IMG/VR virus record: IMGVR_UViG_3300023214_000231
Coordinates: 1 to 57,570 of that record
Direction: 5' to 3' (one strand)
DNA length: 57,570 bases
Source of the DNA: a virus
Taxonomy: Duplodnaviria; Caudoviricetes
The notes below the pieces were generated by a model. The model saw only the letters and a program-made list of their open reading frames with translations. It ran no database searches and was not told where the DNA came from. The position numbers and the translations under genes are program-made. Positions 1-7,721 of the stretch are shown in pieces. The first letter of the stretch is position 1. Every line of letters starts with the position of its first letter.

Positions 1-146
1 CACTTGCCGACGCTCGCCCGCTCGCCGACGCGCGCCCCCTCGCCGACGATCGCCCCCTCGCCAACGCTCGCCCCCTCGCCGACGCTCGCCCACTCGCCGA
101 CGCTCGCCCACTCGCCGATGCTCGCCCACTCGCCGATGCTCGCCGA
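1..146 (-). repeat. 18-bp tandem repeat encoding hexapeptides (V/I)G(E/K)(G/W/R)A(S/R/I)
   Basis: Units such as CTCGCCGACGCTCGCCCC; on the minus strand they read in frame as VGEGAS, VGEWAS, IGEWAS, VGKWAS. Confidence 0.95.
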
Positions 147-160
147 GCGATGTACCCAGC
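1..160. repeat. Terminal direct repeat / circular assembly overlap, left copy
   Basis: 1-160 matches 57429-57570 (CACTTGCCGA...ATGTACCCAGC) except for one extra 18-bp unit in this copy. Confidence 0.9.
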
Positions 161-257
161 CGCCAGACGGGTGCTGGGTGTAGTCACTAACGCTGCCGCC
201 GTGGCGCTGGACTACCCATGCGGGGCACGTCTCGGCGGGTTGTGTCGTCTCGCTCAT
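1..257 (-). CDS. N-terminal part of a hexapeptide-repeat (left-handed beta-helix-like) phage protein; continues across the origin into 56717-57570
   Basis: Hand translation from ATG 257: MSETTQPAETCPAWVVQRHGGSVSDYTQHPSGGWVHRSASIGEWAS...; ATGA overlap with the upstream gene; AGGAAGG RBS. Confidence 0.8.
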   Translation of the reverse strand, partial: MSETTQPAETCPAWVVQRHGGSVSDYTQHPSGGWVHRSASIGEWASIGEWASVGEWASVGEGASVGEGAIVGEGARVGERASVGK

Positions 258-284
258 CGCTGCTCGCCTTCCTGTTGCTCGGGC
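254..284 (-). repeat. Boundary repeat family A, copy 1 (RBS plus ATGA)
   Basis: Minus strand GCCCGAGCAACAGGAAGGCGAGCAGCGATGA; near-identical copies at 627-657 and 972-1001. Confidence 0.85.
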
Positions 285-472
285 GGGACAACAATCGTGG
301 AACCTGACCCGCCGCACGACGGGCAGACCACTGGACTCACGAGGCCCAGCCGCACGGCCGTATCCGATCCCGGCGGTAGGGCTTCCCACATGGACCACGG
401 TGCGCCTTCGCCGTCGTCGATCTGCCCGCATCCGTCGCATCGTGTGCAGGTCTCAGGTTTCGTCTCGCTCAT
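254..472 (-). CDS. Small DnaJ-type zinc-finger protein
   Basis: MSETKPETCTRCDGCG...CPSCGGSG (two CxxCxGxG motifs); GGAGGGGGAG RBS and TGATG overlap. Confidence 0.7.
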   Translation of the reverse strand: MSETKPETCTRCDGCGQIDDGEGAPWSMWEALPPGSDTAVRLGLVSPVVCPSCGGSGSTIVVPPEQQEGEQR

Positions 473-630
473 CACTCCCCCTCCCCGCACCAGAGCCGCT
501 CGCCGACGCTCGCCCGCTTGCCGACGCTCGCCCACACACCCATGCCGAGCGGGACGGGAAGATCCGGAACGGCGTAGACGTAGAAGCGGCACGCCGAAGA
601 CGGCGGGTCGGTGTGTGTCTCGTCAATCAT
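472..630 (-). CDS. 52-aa hypothetical protein containing two hexapeptide units
   Basis: Hand translation MIDETHTDPPSSACRFYVYAVPDLPVPLGMGVWASVGKRASVGERLWCGEGE*; preceded by family A RBS, TGATG coupling to the next gene. Confidence 0.6.
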   Translation of the reverse strand: MIDETHTDPPSSACRFYVYAVPDLPVPLGMGVWASVGKRASVGERLWCGEGE

Positions 631-657
631 CGCTGTTCGCCCTCCTGTTGTTCGGGC
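627..657 (-). repeat. Boundary repeat family A, copy 2
   Basis: GCCCGAACAACAGGAGGGCGAACAGCGATGA on the minus strand. Confidence 0.85.
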
Positions 658-669
658 TATGGGTAGTGG

Positions 670-975
670 CTAGAACCGAGAAGTAATCTTCGCGTACGCC
701 GCGTCGCCGCATCCGGTTAGTCGGTAGCGAATGTGTCCGTCGTCGCGGCCGGTTAGCACACCAGCGGCGCTACCAAAGTTGTATTTGATCAGGCCCATGC
801 TCTCGGCGCGGCCCAGTGCCCGAGAAAGAACACTCGGATTTCGGAACCGATCGAAATACTCGGCGATCTGATCCTCTGTGATGTCGTCACGCTGCCCGAT
901 CGCCCAAACAACTTCACACACCGTCGGCGGCAGCCTGATTGTGATTTCAAGATCCCCGACGTTGTCCTTGCTCAT
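670..975 (-). CDS. Hypothetical winged-helix-like protein
   Basis: MSKDNVGDLE...ITEDQIAEYF...LSRALGRAESMGLI...YRLTGCG, a wHTH-like pattern; starts at the family A ATG. Confidence 0.6.
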   Translation of the reverse strand: MSKDNVGDLEITIRLPPTVCEVVWAIGQRDDITEDQIAEYFDRFRNPSVLSRALGRAESMGLIKYNFGSAAGVLTGRDDGHIRYRLTGCGDAAYAKITSRF

Positions 976-1001
976 CGCTGTTCGCCTTCCTGTTGCTGGG
1001 C
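972..1001 (-). repeat. Boundary repeat family A, copy 3
   Basis: GCCCAGCAACAGGAAGGCGAACAGCGATGA on the minus strand. Confidence 0.85.
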
Positions 1002-1213
1002 TAGAAGATGTTGAAATCTGACAACATGAATACAACCGCAATCATGACCACGCCGGTGATTGAGGCGGGGATCGTGACAAGCATCCACCACCACGGCACA
1101 ACGCCAGCCGCCCACAGATAGCTCACGATGACCGGGCTTACTGCCGCCGCGATAGCGGTGACAAAGGCCACGATCGCGGCAGTGGTGGCCAGAATCTCCA
1201 ACATGCGATCCAT
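1001..1213 (-). CDS. Small membrane protein (2 TM)
   Basis: MDRMLEILATTAAIVAFV...WWWMLVTIPASITGVVMIAVVF; GGAGGGGGAGTGATG RBS/start. Confidence 0.65.
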   Translation of the reverse strand: MDRMLEILATTAAIVAFVTAIAAAVSPVIVSYLWAAGVVPWWWMLVTIPASITGVVMIAVVFMLSDFNIF

Positions 1214-1366
1214 CACTCCCCCTCCCCGCACCACAGCCACACGCCGCCGGTGTCTGGGTCGGCGATCAGCGTCGAAAAAAGCCGCGAGCGCCGGGTCAAC
1301 GACGCCCGCAGCCGGAGGAGAGAGAGATACACGCCAGTAGAACAGAAACCAGCGATCAGTCAACAT
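1213..1366 (-). pseudogene. Small gene apparently frameshifted at a 6-nt homopolymer (or fused in frame to the downstream membrane gene)
   Basis: The ATG 1366 frame reads through into 1001-1213, but the alternative frame ends TLIADPDTGGVWLWCGEGE* like the paralogue at 472-630. Confidence 0.4.
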
Positions 1367-1643
1367 GATCCGACCCATTCACCCGACAATCCGCATCTTC
1401 ACGCGCTTTCTGGGCGGCCTGGAGGTCTTCTCGGACGTCACGAGCCACGCTGAGGCCCCAGGCGAGCCCAGCGAGCACCACGAGGCCGTTGACCCACCAG
1501 AGGCCCCTGGGCGTCTCAGAGAGCAGCACGCCGGCAGACACGGCCGTCCAGGTCGCCAAGAGCATCTGCCGCTGGGCAGGGGCGAGGAACCGCCAGCCGT
1601 TGGCGAAACTCTCAACGACGCCGCGGACGCGGGAATTGGTCAT
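1356..1643 (-). CDS. Membrane protein (2 TM), start uncertain
   Basis: Hydrophobic segments LLATWTAVSAGVLL and LWWVNGLVVLAGLAWGL followed by a charged tail. Confidence 0.5.
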   Translation of the reverse strand: MTNSRVRGVVESFANGWRFLAPAQRQMLLATWTAVSAGVLLSETPRGLWWVNGLVVLAGLAWGLSVARDVREDLQAAQKAREDADCRVNGSDHVD

Positions 1644-1956
1644 GCCAAGCCTCCATTTCATGGGGATTCCGAAACACATCGTCACGCCCTTCACCACCAA
1701 AGCGCTCAGTTCCATATGCACGGGAAGAACCCATCGGACCACACAATCCCAGCCAACTCGGCCCCAGACCCGTAGGGGCCAACGTACCCACGCAAGGGGT
1801 CTCGGCGGAACGGGCACTCGGAACAAGGACTGCGCTTGCCCATTAGGCACCACCCCTTGCGGCATGAGCCGCCAGAACGGCCTCAGCATCCCGGCGTAAG
1901 CACCGGCAGTCAGGGCGTCACAGAAACCAAAGGACGCCCCTCCCGCTGAAGCTCAC

Positions 1957-2508
1957 TCACGAGCGGCGAGGGGGCGCGCCGACTCTCCGAGCCAGCATCT
2001 CTACGCAGAGCGCCCGCGCCTCGGCGTAGGTCCGCACACACTCGCCGCCGGCGAGCAGCCGCTCCCTCGCGTACGCCTCGGCCTCCTCCGCGGTCGCGCA
2101 CTCGTGCGAGCTATCTCCGCTGGCGCCAAACATGACTGTCGAGCAGCCCATAGAGCCGACACCGACGACTCCGCCGCTTACAGACCAGTACCACTCGGAC
2201 TCGTCGCGCTCCTCGCCGTCCTCGTCCTCCGTGATGAGCGTCGCCGTGATCGGCACGCGCGTGATCCGGCAACCTACGCCGTCGCGCGCAGGGAGGTCGC
2301 GATCTACGCCGTTCTTGACGCGAGCCGTGCAGCAGTGAAACACGCCGCCAGCCGCCTCGTGCTGCGCGTTGAGTTCGTCTTCAAGTCGGCGGCGGAGCGC
2401 CTCGCGCTCTGTCGGCCACCCGGCGTCGCGGAGCCGGGCCAGACGGGCCTCGCGACCACGAGTGCGGGAGTTGAGTTCGTTTTCGGCGTCTCGCTGGATC
2501 ATATTCAT
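1957..2508 (-). CDS. Hypothetical protein
   Basis: 183-aa ORF with normal composition, AAGG RBS, downstream of a terminator. Confidence 0.65.
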   Translation of the reverse strand: MNMIQRDAENELNSRTRGREARLARLRDAGWPTEREALRRRLEDELNAQHEAAGGVFHCCTARVKNGVDRDLPARDGVGCRITRVPITATLITEDEDGEERDESEWYWSVSGGVVGVGSMGCSTVMFGASGDSSHECATAEEAEAYARERLLAGGECVRTYAEARALCVEMLARRVGAPPRRS

Positions 2509-2576
2509 GGCGTCAACCTTTCGGGACTTAGAGGTTTGCCAGCCGCGTCATCACGGCCCAATCAAAGATCAGATAC

Positions 2577-2615
2577 AAAAAGCCCCCCGGCAACCCATAG
2601 GATCGGCCGGGGGGC
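2577..2615 (-). terminator. Rho-independent terminator
   Basis: GCCCCCCGGC...GCCGGGGGGC stem followed by TTTTT on the minus strand. Confidence 0.8.
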
Positions 2616-2655
2616 CCGCGCGTGCCAGTCGTACCGATTGTGCGGGATCGGCGGA

Positions 2656-3510
2656 TCAGCGAGCGGTCAGGTCTGCGATCGCGTCCATGGCAGCCGAGCG
2701 TCGGCGTTCGGCGAGGCCGGCGACCTCGGCATCGGAGAGCCAGGGGCGAGCCGCGGCGATATGGGGATCGAAGTGCGACCCGGGCTGGATCGCTTCCACG
2801 AGAGCCGGGAGAACCTCATCGAGCCGGACGGGCACCTGATACCGCGACACCAGCGAGAAGGCCGTCAACTGCACCCCGAAGTCGTGGCCGACCAACGCGA
2901 CCTCCAGCGAGTCGAAGATGCGAAGCTCGGACCCGGGTGGCGTCGCGCCGGCATGCCACGCCTCAACGATTAGAGCAAGGGCGAGCCGGCGAACATGCTC
3001 CTCCGGGTGCGAGGCCCGAACGAACTCAACCAACTCGACGTCCTGCTCAGACAGAACACCGGTCGTCTCGAAGCGGTCGAGCGTGAGCATGACGAACGAT
3101 TCGGCGGCAACCGGATCCGACATGGAATGCACGAGCGGAGCAGACAGCGCAGCGTCGCAGAGATCCTGACAGCCGAGGTTTTGGTTAGCGCCACAGCCGT
3201 TGTCGGAGCAACAGCCATAGCAACGAGAAGTGCTCGCCACGAGCTTCGAACAATCCTCGCAGTTGGCGCACCTGCCGTGAAAACAATCGTCGGCGGTGAT
3301 GGCGGCAGAGCCGTCGGGCAGAGAATCAACCGCGCCGCCACCAGCCCCGAACCCATCAAGGTTCTGGACGACCCGCGGATCGTGCTTCTCTCGCTCCCAT
3401 TGGTCGGGGCCGAGAACTGCCGCCTGCACCACAGCGCCGGTCGAGAGCACAAAGGCGGCGACCATCAACACCCCGCAGGGGTTGGAATAGAACCATCTGA
3501 GCATTCGCAT
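2656..3510 (-). CDS. Putative secreted cysteine-rich protein (moron-like)
   Basis: N-terminal hydrophobic signal-like segment (VQA|AV), 10-Cys cluster, helical C-terminus; AGGAG RBS; flanked by terminators. Confidence 0.65.
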   Translation of the reverse strand: MRMLRWFYSNPCGVLMVAAFVLSTGAVVQAAVLGPDQWEREKHDPRVVQNLDGFGAGGGAVDSLPDGSAAITADDCFHGRCANCEDCSKLVASTSRCYGCCSDNGCGANQNLGCQDLCDAALSAPLVHSMSDPVAAESFVMLTLDRFETTGVLSEQDVELVEFVRASHPEEHVRRLALALIVEAWHAGATPPGSELRIFDSLEVALVGHDFGVQLTAFSLVSRYQVPVRLDEVLPALVEAIQPGSHFDPHIAAARPWLSDAEVAGLAERRRSAAMDAIADLTAR

Positions 3511-3584
3511 TTCGATCTCCTATCGGGCAGGCCGCGAGCCGGCCAACGCCCCAAGGGTAAAGAAACACCGTCGGATACGCAACC

Positions 3585-3638
3585 AAAAAGACGCCGCGGC
3601 GACCAAATCGGGCTTCACAGGTCGCCAGGCGGCCTTTT
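3585..3638 (-). terminator. Rho-independent terminator ending the tail operon (possibly bidirectional)
   Basis: GGCCGCCTGGCGACC...GGTCGCCGCGGCGTC then TTTTT on the minus strand; T-run also on the plus side. Confidence 0.65.
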
Positions 3639-3655
3639 CGCGGAGCCGGCGAGGA

Positions 3656-3994
3656 TCAGTGCGGCCGATGCAGCCAGGTCCGCACGCCGATGACCAGGAT
3701 GCCGATCAGCCCGACCAACACGGTAGTCAGCAGCGTCCAGGCGGCTCGCTTCTTGATCTGGTCCACGCTTTCTCGCCACTCGCGGAGCCGGGCGAAGTCC
3801 TGCTGGATCAGCACCGGGCTCTGGTGGTCGAGACCGAACCCGGTCATCATCTCCTGCACGACCGCACGAGCGATCTGCCGGACCTTTTCCTCTTCCAGCC
3901 GCTGGACCCGCTGGTCATGCGCAGCGACGGCCTCCGACACGAGGGCACGAAGCTCCTCCTTGGTGACCTGGACCGATTCGGATTCGTCTGCCAT
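3656..3994 (-). CDS. Coiled-coil protein with C-terminal TM (holin-like or lysis accessory candidate)
   Basis: MADESESVQV...coiled coil...AAWTLLTTVLVGLIGILVIGV; lies directly after the tail tip gene. Confidence 0.6.
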   Translation of the reverse strand: MADESESVQVTKEELRALVSEAVAAHDQRVQRLEEEKVRQIARAVVQEMMTGFGLDHQSPVLIQQDFARLREWRESVDQIKKRAAWTLLTTVLVGLIGILVIGVRTWLHRPH

Positions 3995-4002
3995 GACCTG
4001 CC

Positions 4003-6858
4003 TCAGATTCGGAGCGGAGCGACGTAGCCGGTGGACGAAGGGGGGTCGATCACAAGCAGCGCGAACACCGCGTCGCCATCCACGCCGGTGTGCCGGAAGT
4101 CTATCGAGTCGCCGGCGGTGACACCGGCGAGGGTTCCGCTGGACCCACCGGAACTGATCACGGTGGAATAGCCCCCACCGTTGATCTGCGCTTCGACGAT
4201 CCCTCCATTCAGCAGGTCGGCGAAGATATCGAACGCATAGCTCCCCGAATCGGGGGCGGTGAAGTTGCCCACCTGGAGGTTGTCGAGTCGCTGGACGAAC
4301 GTCTTGCCGGCCTGGGTCCCGGTCAGCGACGTGGTATGGACGACCGACCGGCCGGAGATCACAGAGCCGTCCACGGTGTGTCGGACCTCGAAGGTCCACT
4401 CGATCGAAGACGGATTCGCATTGAATTCCCAGATCAGATTCGCCCGTGAGAAGTCGAGCGGGCCAGCGACCGCGGACGCCCACGCCCCAGTGACCGTCGA
4501 TCCGGCGTCAGGATTCGCCGTCACGCGATACTCGGTCGTATTGGCCCCAGGGAAGTCCGCCGGCAAGGACGACTCGTCGTCGTGCTTGGCGACCTCGTCG
4601 CCTAGGCGGAAGTCCCGGCGGACAAAGCCGATCCTCGCGCCACGGCCAGAGAACGGGATCCCGCTTTGCGAGAGCCCGAAGTCGATCGAGGCGGGGAAGT
4701 CGGACCCGTTCCAGGTCACCTGGGCGGGCGGATACGGCGAATTGAAGCGGTCCTCCAGAGTGACGGTGTCCGAATAAGCACTGGCTCCAGCCAAGCGGAT
4801 CGAGCCCAGCGCCTCGGTGATGATCCGCCGAGCGCCGGAGGCGAACACGGTCTCGGTCAGATTGCCACCGGCCGACAGGACATAGACCGCATCTCCAGAC
4901 GAATGAGCGGCGGGGACGGTATCGAGGAACCCGCGATACCCGACGTCGACGCGGATCGAAGTGCCGAGGTCCGTGACCGACTCGACCCCGATGATCTCGT
5001 CACCGATCAAGATCAACTGAGCGAGGTTACTGCCGACCTCGCCGGACGATACATCCTCAAGGGCGGCGAGGATCTCAGACATAGCCGAAGCCCCCGCGAC
5101 GATCTCAAAGGTGACCGCAGACGACCCGCCAGAGATCGCCAGCGCCGAATCAAGCTCGCCTTGCACGAGGAAGGCGGAGGCCGTCCCGTCCACGTTTCCG
5201 TTGACATCGGTCAAGTCATAGACCAGGGCCCCATCGCCCTTGTTGCGGGCACCGAACCACAAGCGGGGGAACAGGGCCGGAGAGTCGGGATCCCGCTCCA
5301 CGAACGCACGCGGGGCCTCGATGATCACGGCCTCGGGCGGGTTGTCGGCGTTGTAAGCCTCAAGCACCGCGACCGGGGGCGTCCACTCGCCGGCATCGCC
5401 CGCTGTATTGGAGGACTGGCCCAAGGCGAAGATATTCTCGACCAAGTCGAGCGTAATCCGCCCATCAAGAAGGGTGTTGAAGTTGATCCTGGTGACGCGG
5501 AACTCTAGGCCCACGATGCCGAGGGCCTCGCTCGACCATGTCACGACGTCGGTCGGATTGACCACCCACGCCTGGCGGTTGACCACGAGCTTCGCGGAGG
5601 CGAGCGGATAGCTGAACGTGAGCAGGTCCCGGGCGGCGAGTTGGTTTGCCAGCGCCTCGTTCTTCACGCCCGTGTAATTCACGCTCCGGCTCACAACGGT
5701 GCCGCCGCGCTGGGTGATGTTGCCGAGGTCTTGCTCGCGGCCGTAGCTGTCGGCGTACTCGCGCGCCCTCGATTGAAACGGCGTCAGCACCTGATTCGCC
5801 GTGTCGTCGAACGACGCACGAGCGAAACGCTGGACCTCAAGCACGTTGGACTCGTCGAGAGCAAGCACCGAGGTGTCAGATTCGCGGGCGAGGTTGATTG
5901 TCCACAGCCCGGTGGACCGATCCTGAAAGAGCACACCGTCGATCTGCCGCTCGATATTGCGGAGAAGCTCGCCGGCCTCGATCTCGGTGTCCTGGGCGTA
6001 GCTGAACCCATTTTCCTCGGAAAAGAGCGTCGCGCCAGCCGACTGAAAGTTAGAGACATTGATCTTTCCCAATGTCTGCCGCATGCCCCACTCCTGATTG
6101 AGCAGGATCTCCGCGATCGCGCTCACCGGATTGAGGTCCTTGCCGCCATTGACTCGGTTGTTGCCTCCCAGGCCGACCGGATCGGGCATCCGCTGGACCT
6201 CGAACCACCACGGATCGATCTGCGGCGAGGTGCCGAGGTTGACCCGCTCCAGCAGCGCGTAGCCAGTCCCCGTGTACCGCGGTGTCTTGTTGTTCGTCAG
6301 CGCCTGCTGCGCTCGGAGATAGGCCGGAATCGACTGGGTGCGGGAGCCGGGGCGGAAGGTGACCGTGCCCGAGATCCCGCCCTTGCCGTTGTCCTCGCCA
6401 CCGAGGAAGTCGTCGTTGGCAAATGAAACCGAGCCCTCCGACAGCCCGCTCGCGCCGAGCGGATTCGAACCATCCGAATTGGCGAACTCCTTCTCGCCGA
6501 CAAACACACGCAGGAACTTGAGCGGGTTCGTTGTGTCGTCGTCCGAGCCACGGCAGACACCCATCTGGACGCCGAGCTTGTACCGAAACCCGACGATCAC
6601 CTTCTTGCTCGACCACAGGTTCGTCTTGACCCTCTCGGTGATCGCCTCGGGCACAAGGTCGCCATGCCAGACGACGTTCGGTCCCTTGACCAGCGTTGTG
6701 CCCCAGACGAGCGGGATCACACGCCCTTCGGTCGCCGTCGGGAACTGGAACTGCCCAAGCCCCGCCGGGCGGGCGTTCTCGATATCCGGCCCGGGCTGCA
6801 AAAACTGAGACAGAGCAAAGCTGGCTGCGAACAACAGCAGCGTGAACCAGATCGCCAT
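4003..6858 (-). CDS. Tail tip / central fibre-hub protein (YuA/GTA-like putative tail protein)
   Basis: 951 aa; FPTATEGRVIPLVWGT..GPNVVWHGD N-terminus, NPVSAIAEILLNQEWG and RGFLDTVPAAHSSG motifs typical of this tail family. Confidence 0.85.
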   Translation of the reverse strand: MAIWFTLLLFAASFALSQFLQPGPDIENARPAGLGQFQFPTATEGRVIPLVWGTTLVKGPNVVWHGDLVPEAITERVKTNLWSSKKVIVGFRYKLGVQMGVCRGSDDDTTNPLKFLRVFVGEKEFANSDGSNPLGASGLSEGSVSFANDDFLGGEDNGKGGISGTVTFRPGSRTQSIPAYLRAQQALTNNKTPRYTGTGYALLERVNLGTSPQIDPWWFEVQRMPDPVGLGGNNRVNGGKDLNPVSAIAEILLNQEWGMRQTLGKINVSNFQSAGATLFSEENGFSYAQDTEIEAGELLRNIERQIDGVLFQDRSTGLWTINLARESDTSVLALDESNVLEVQRFARASFDDTANQVLTPFQSRAREYADSYGREQDLGNITQRGGTVVSRSVNYTGVKNEALANQLAARDLLTFSYPLASAKLVVNRQAWVVNPTDVVTWSSEALGIVGLEFRVTRINFNTLLDGRITLDLVENIFALGQSSNTAGDAGEWTPPVAVLEAYNADNPPEAVIIEAPRAFVERDPDSPALFPRLWFGARNKGDGALVYDLTDVNGNVDGTASAFLVQGELDSALAISGGSSAVTFEIVAGASAMSEILAALEDVSSGEVGSNLAQLILIGDEIIGVESVTDLGTSIRVDVGYRGFLDTVPAAHSSGDAVYVLSAGGNLTETVFASGARRIITEALGSIRLAGASAYSDTVTLEDRFNSPYPPAQVTWNGSDFPASIDFGLSQSGIPFSGRGARIGFVRRDFRLGDEVAKHDDESSLPADFPGANTTEYRVTANPDAGSTVTGAWASAVAGPLDFSRANLIWEFNANPSSIEWTFEVRHTVDGSVISGRSVVHTTSLTGTQAGKTFVQRLDNLQVGNFTAPDSGSYAFDIFADLLNGGIVEAQINGGGYSTVISSGGSSGTLAGVTAGDSIDFRHTGVDGDAVFALLVIDPPSSTGYVAPLRI

Positions 6859-7721
6859 TAGATGACTCCCTTGGCGAAGATGTTCTCGCGGGGGACAAAC
6901 GCGTAGCCGCCGAAGCCACCGGCGCCGGCCTGCCCCTCGATGTTGCCGAACACCTCTTCGCAGACCTCAAATGTGTGATCGCAACCGGCGAACACCTCGA
7001 TCGAGAGGCCGGTCGGGTTATCCGAGAACGGCACCCAGAGGCGAAGCTGGTCCGCGCCCACGCCCTCGCGGATCGAGCGGAAGCTCACGCCGTCGGTCGT
7101 GACGTACCCGCCGGCGACAGCAGCCGAGCCACCGCCGACCGCGGTCGCGGCGATCGCGGCGATGATGCCGGTCACGGTGATGAGCCGCGGATCAGAGCCA
7201 TCCACCGCCGAGACGGTCGAGGCGACGCGGTGGTTCCCGTTGCTCACCGTGCATTGGGGGCCATACAGAACGTGATTGCAGCCCTGTGAGAACACATACC
7301 GAGGGATTGAGCGGTTCAGAATCCGGGTCAGCGGGGCGACGGCGAGGCGGGCCTGGTAGCCATCAACCTCGAACGCGACCGAATCCACGCTGCCCACGAA
7401 CACCACGACCTCCTGGGCCGCGCCATCGGACCGGTGGACGCGGCGGATCTCAAGATCGGCACTCGATCCCGGGGGCAGGTTCACGAACTGGCGGACGATC
7501 GCATTGGACGACGGCAGCGTGACATCGATCAGGTCATCGCGGTCCTCAGCGCCGACCACGACCTTCGAACGAGTGATCGACGCCGGGGTGTAGAGCAGGC
7601 CGCCGAAGGTCTGCGGGTCCTCGGAGGACGTCAGCCGGGTGACCGCCGCGCCGACGGTGAATGTGTACAACTCGACCGGGTCTCCGGAGGCAGCGCTGGT
7701 TTCCTGTGCCGCAAAGCTCAT
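6858..7721 (-). CDS. DUF2163/BR0599-like baseplate hub protein
   Basis: PVELYTF, GCNHVLYGPQC, AGCDHTFEVC..FGN..FGGYAFVP motifs. Confidence 0.85.
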   Translation of the reverse strand: MSFAAQETSAASGDPVELYTFTVGAAVTRLTSSEDPQTFGGLLYTPASITRSKVVVGAEDRDDLIDVTLPSSNAIVRQFVNLPPGSSADLEIRRVHRSDGAAQEVVVFVGSVDSVAFEVDGYQARLAVAPLTRILNRSIPRYVFSQGCNHVLYGPQCTVSNGNHRVASTVSAVDGSDPRLITVTGIIAAIAATAVGGGSAAVAGGYVTTDGVSFRSIREGVGADQLRLWVPFSDNPTGLSIEVFAGCDHTFEVCEEVFGNIEGQAGAGGFGGYAFVPRENIFAKGVI

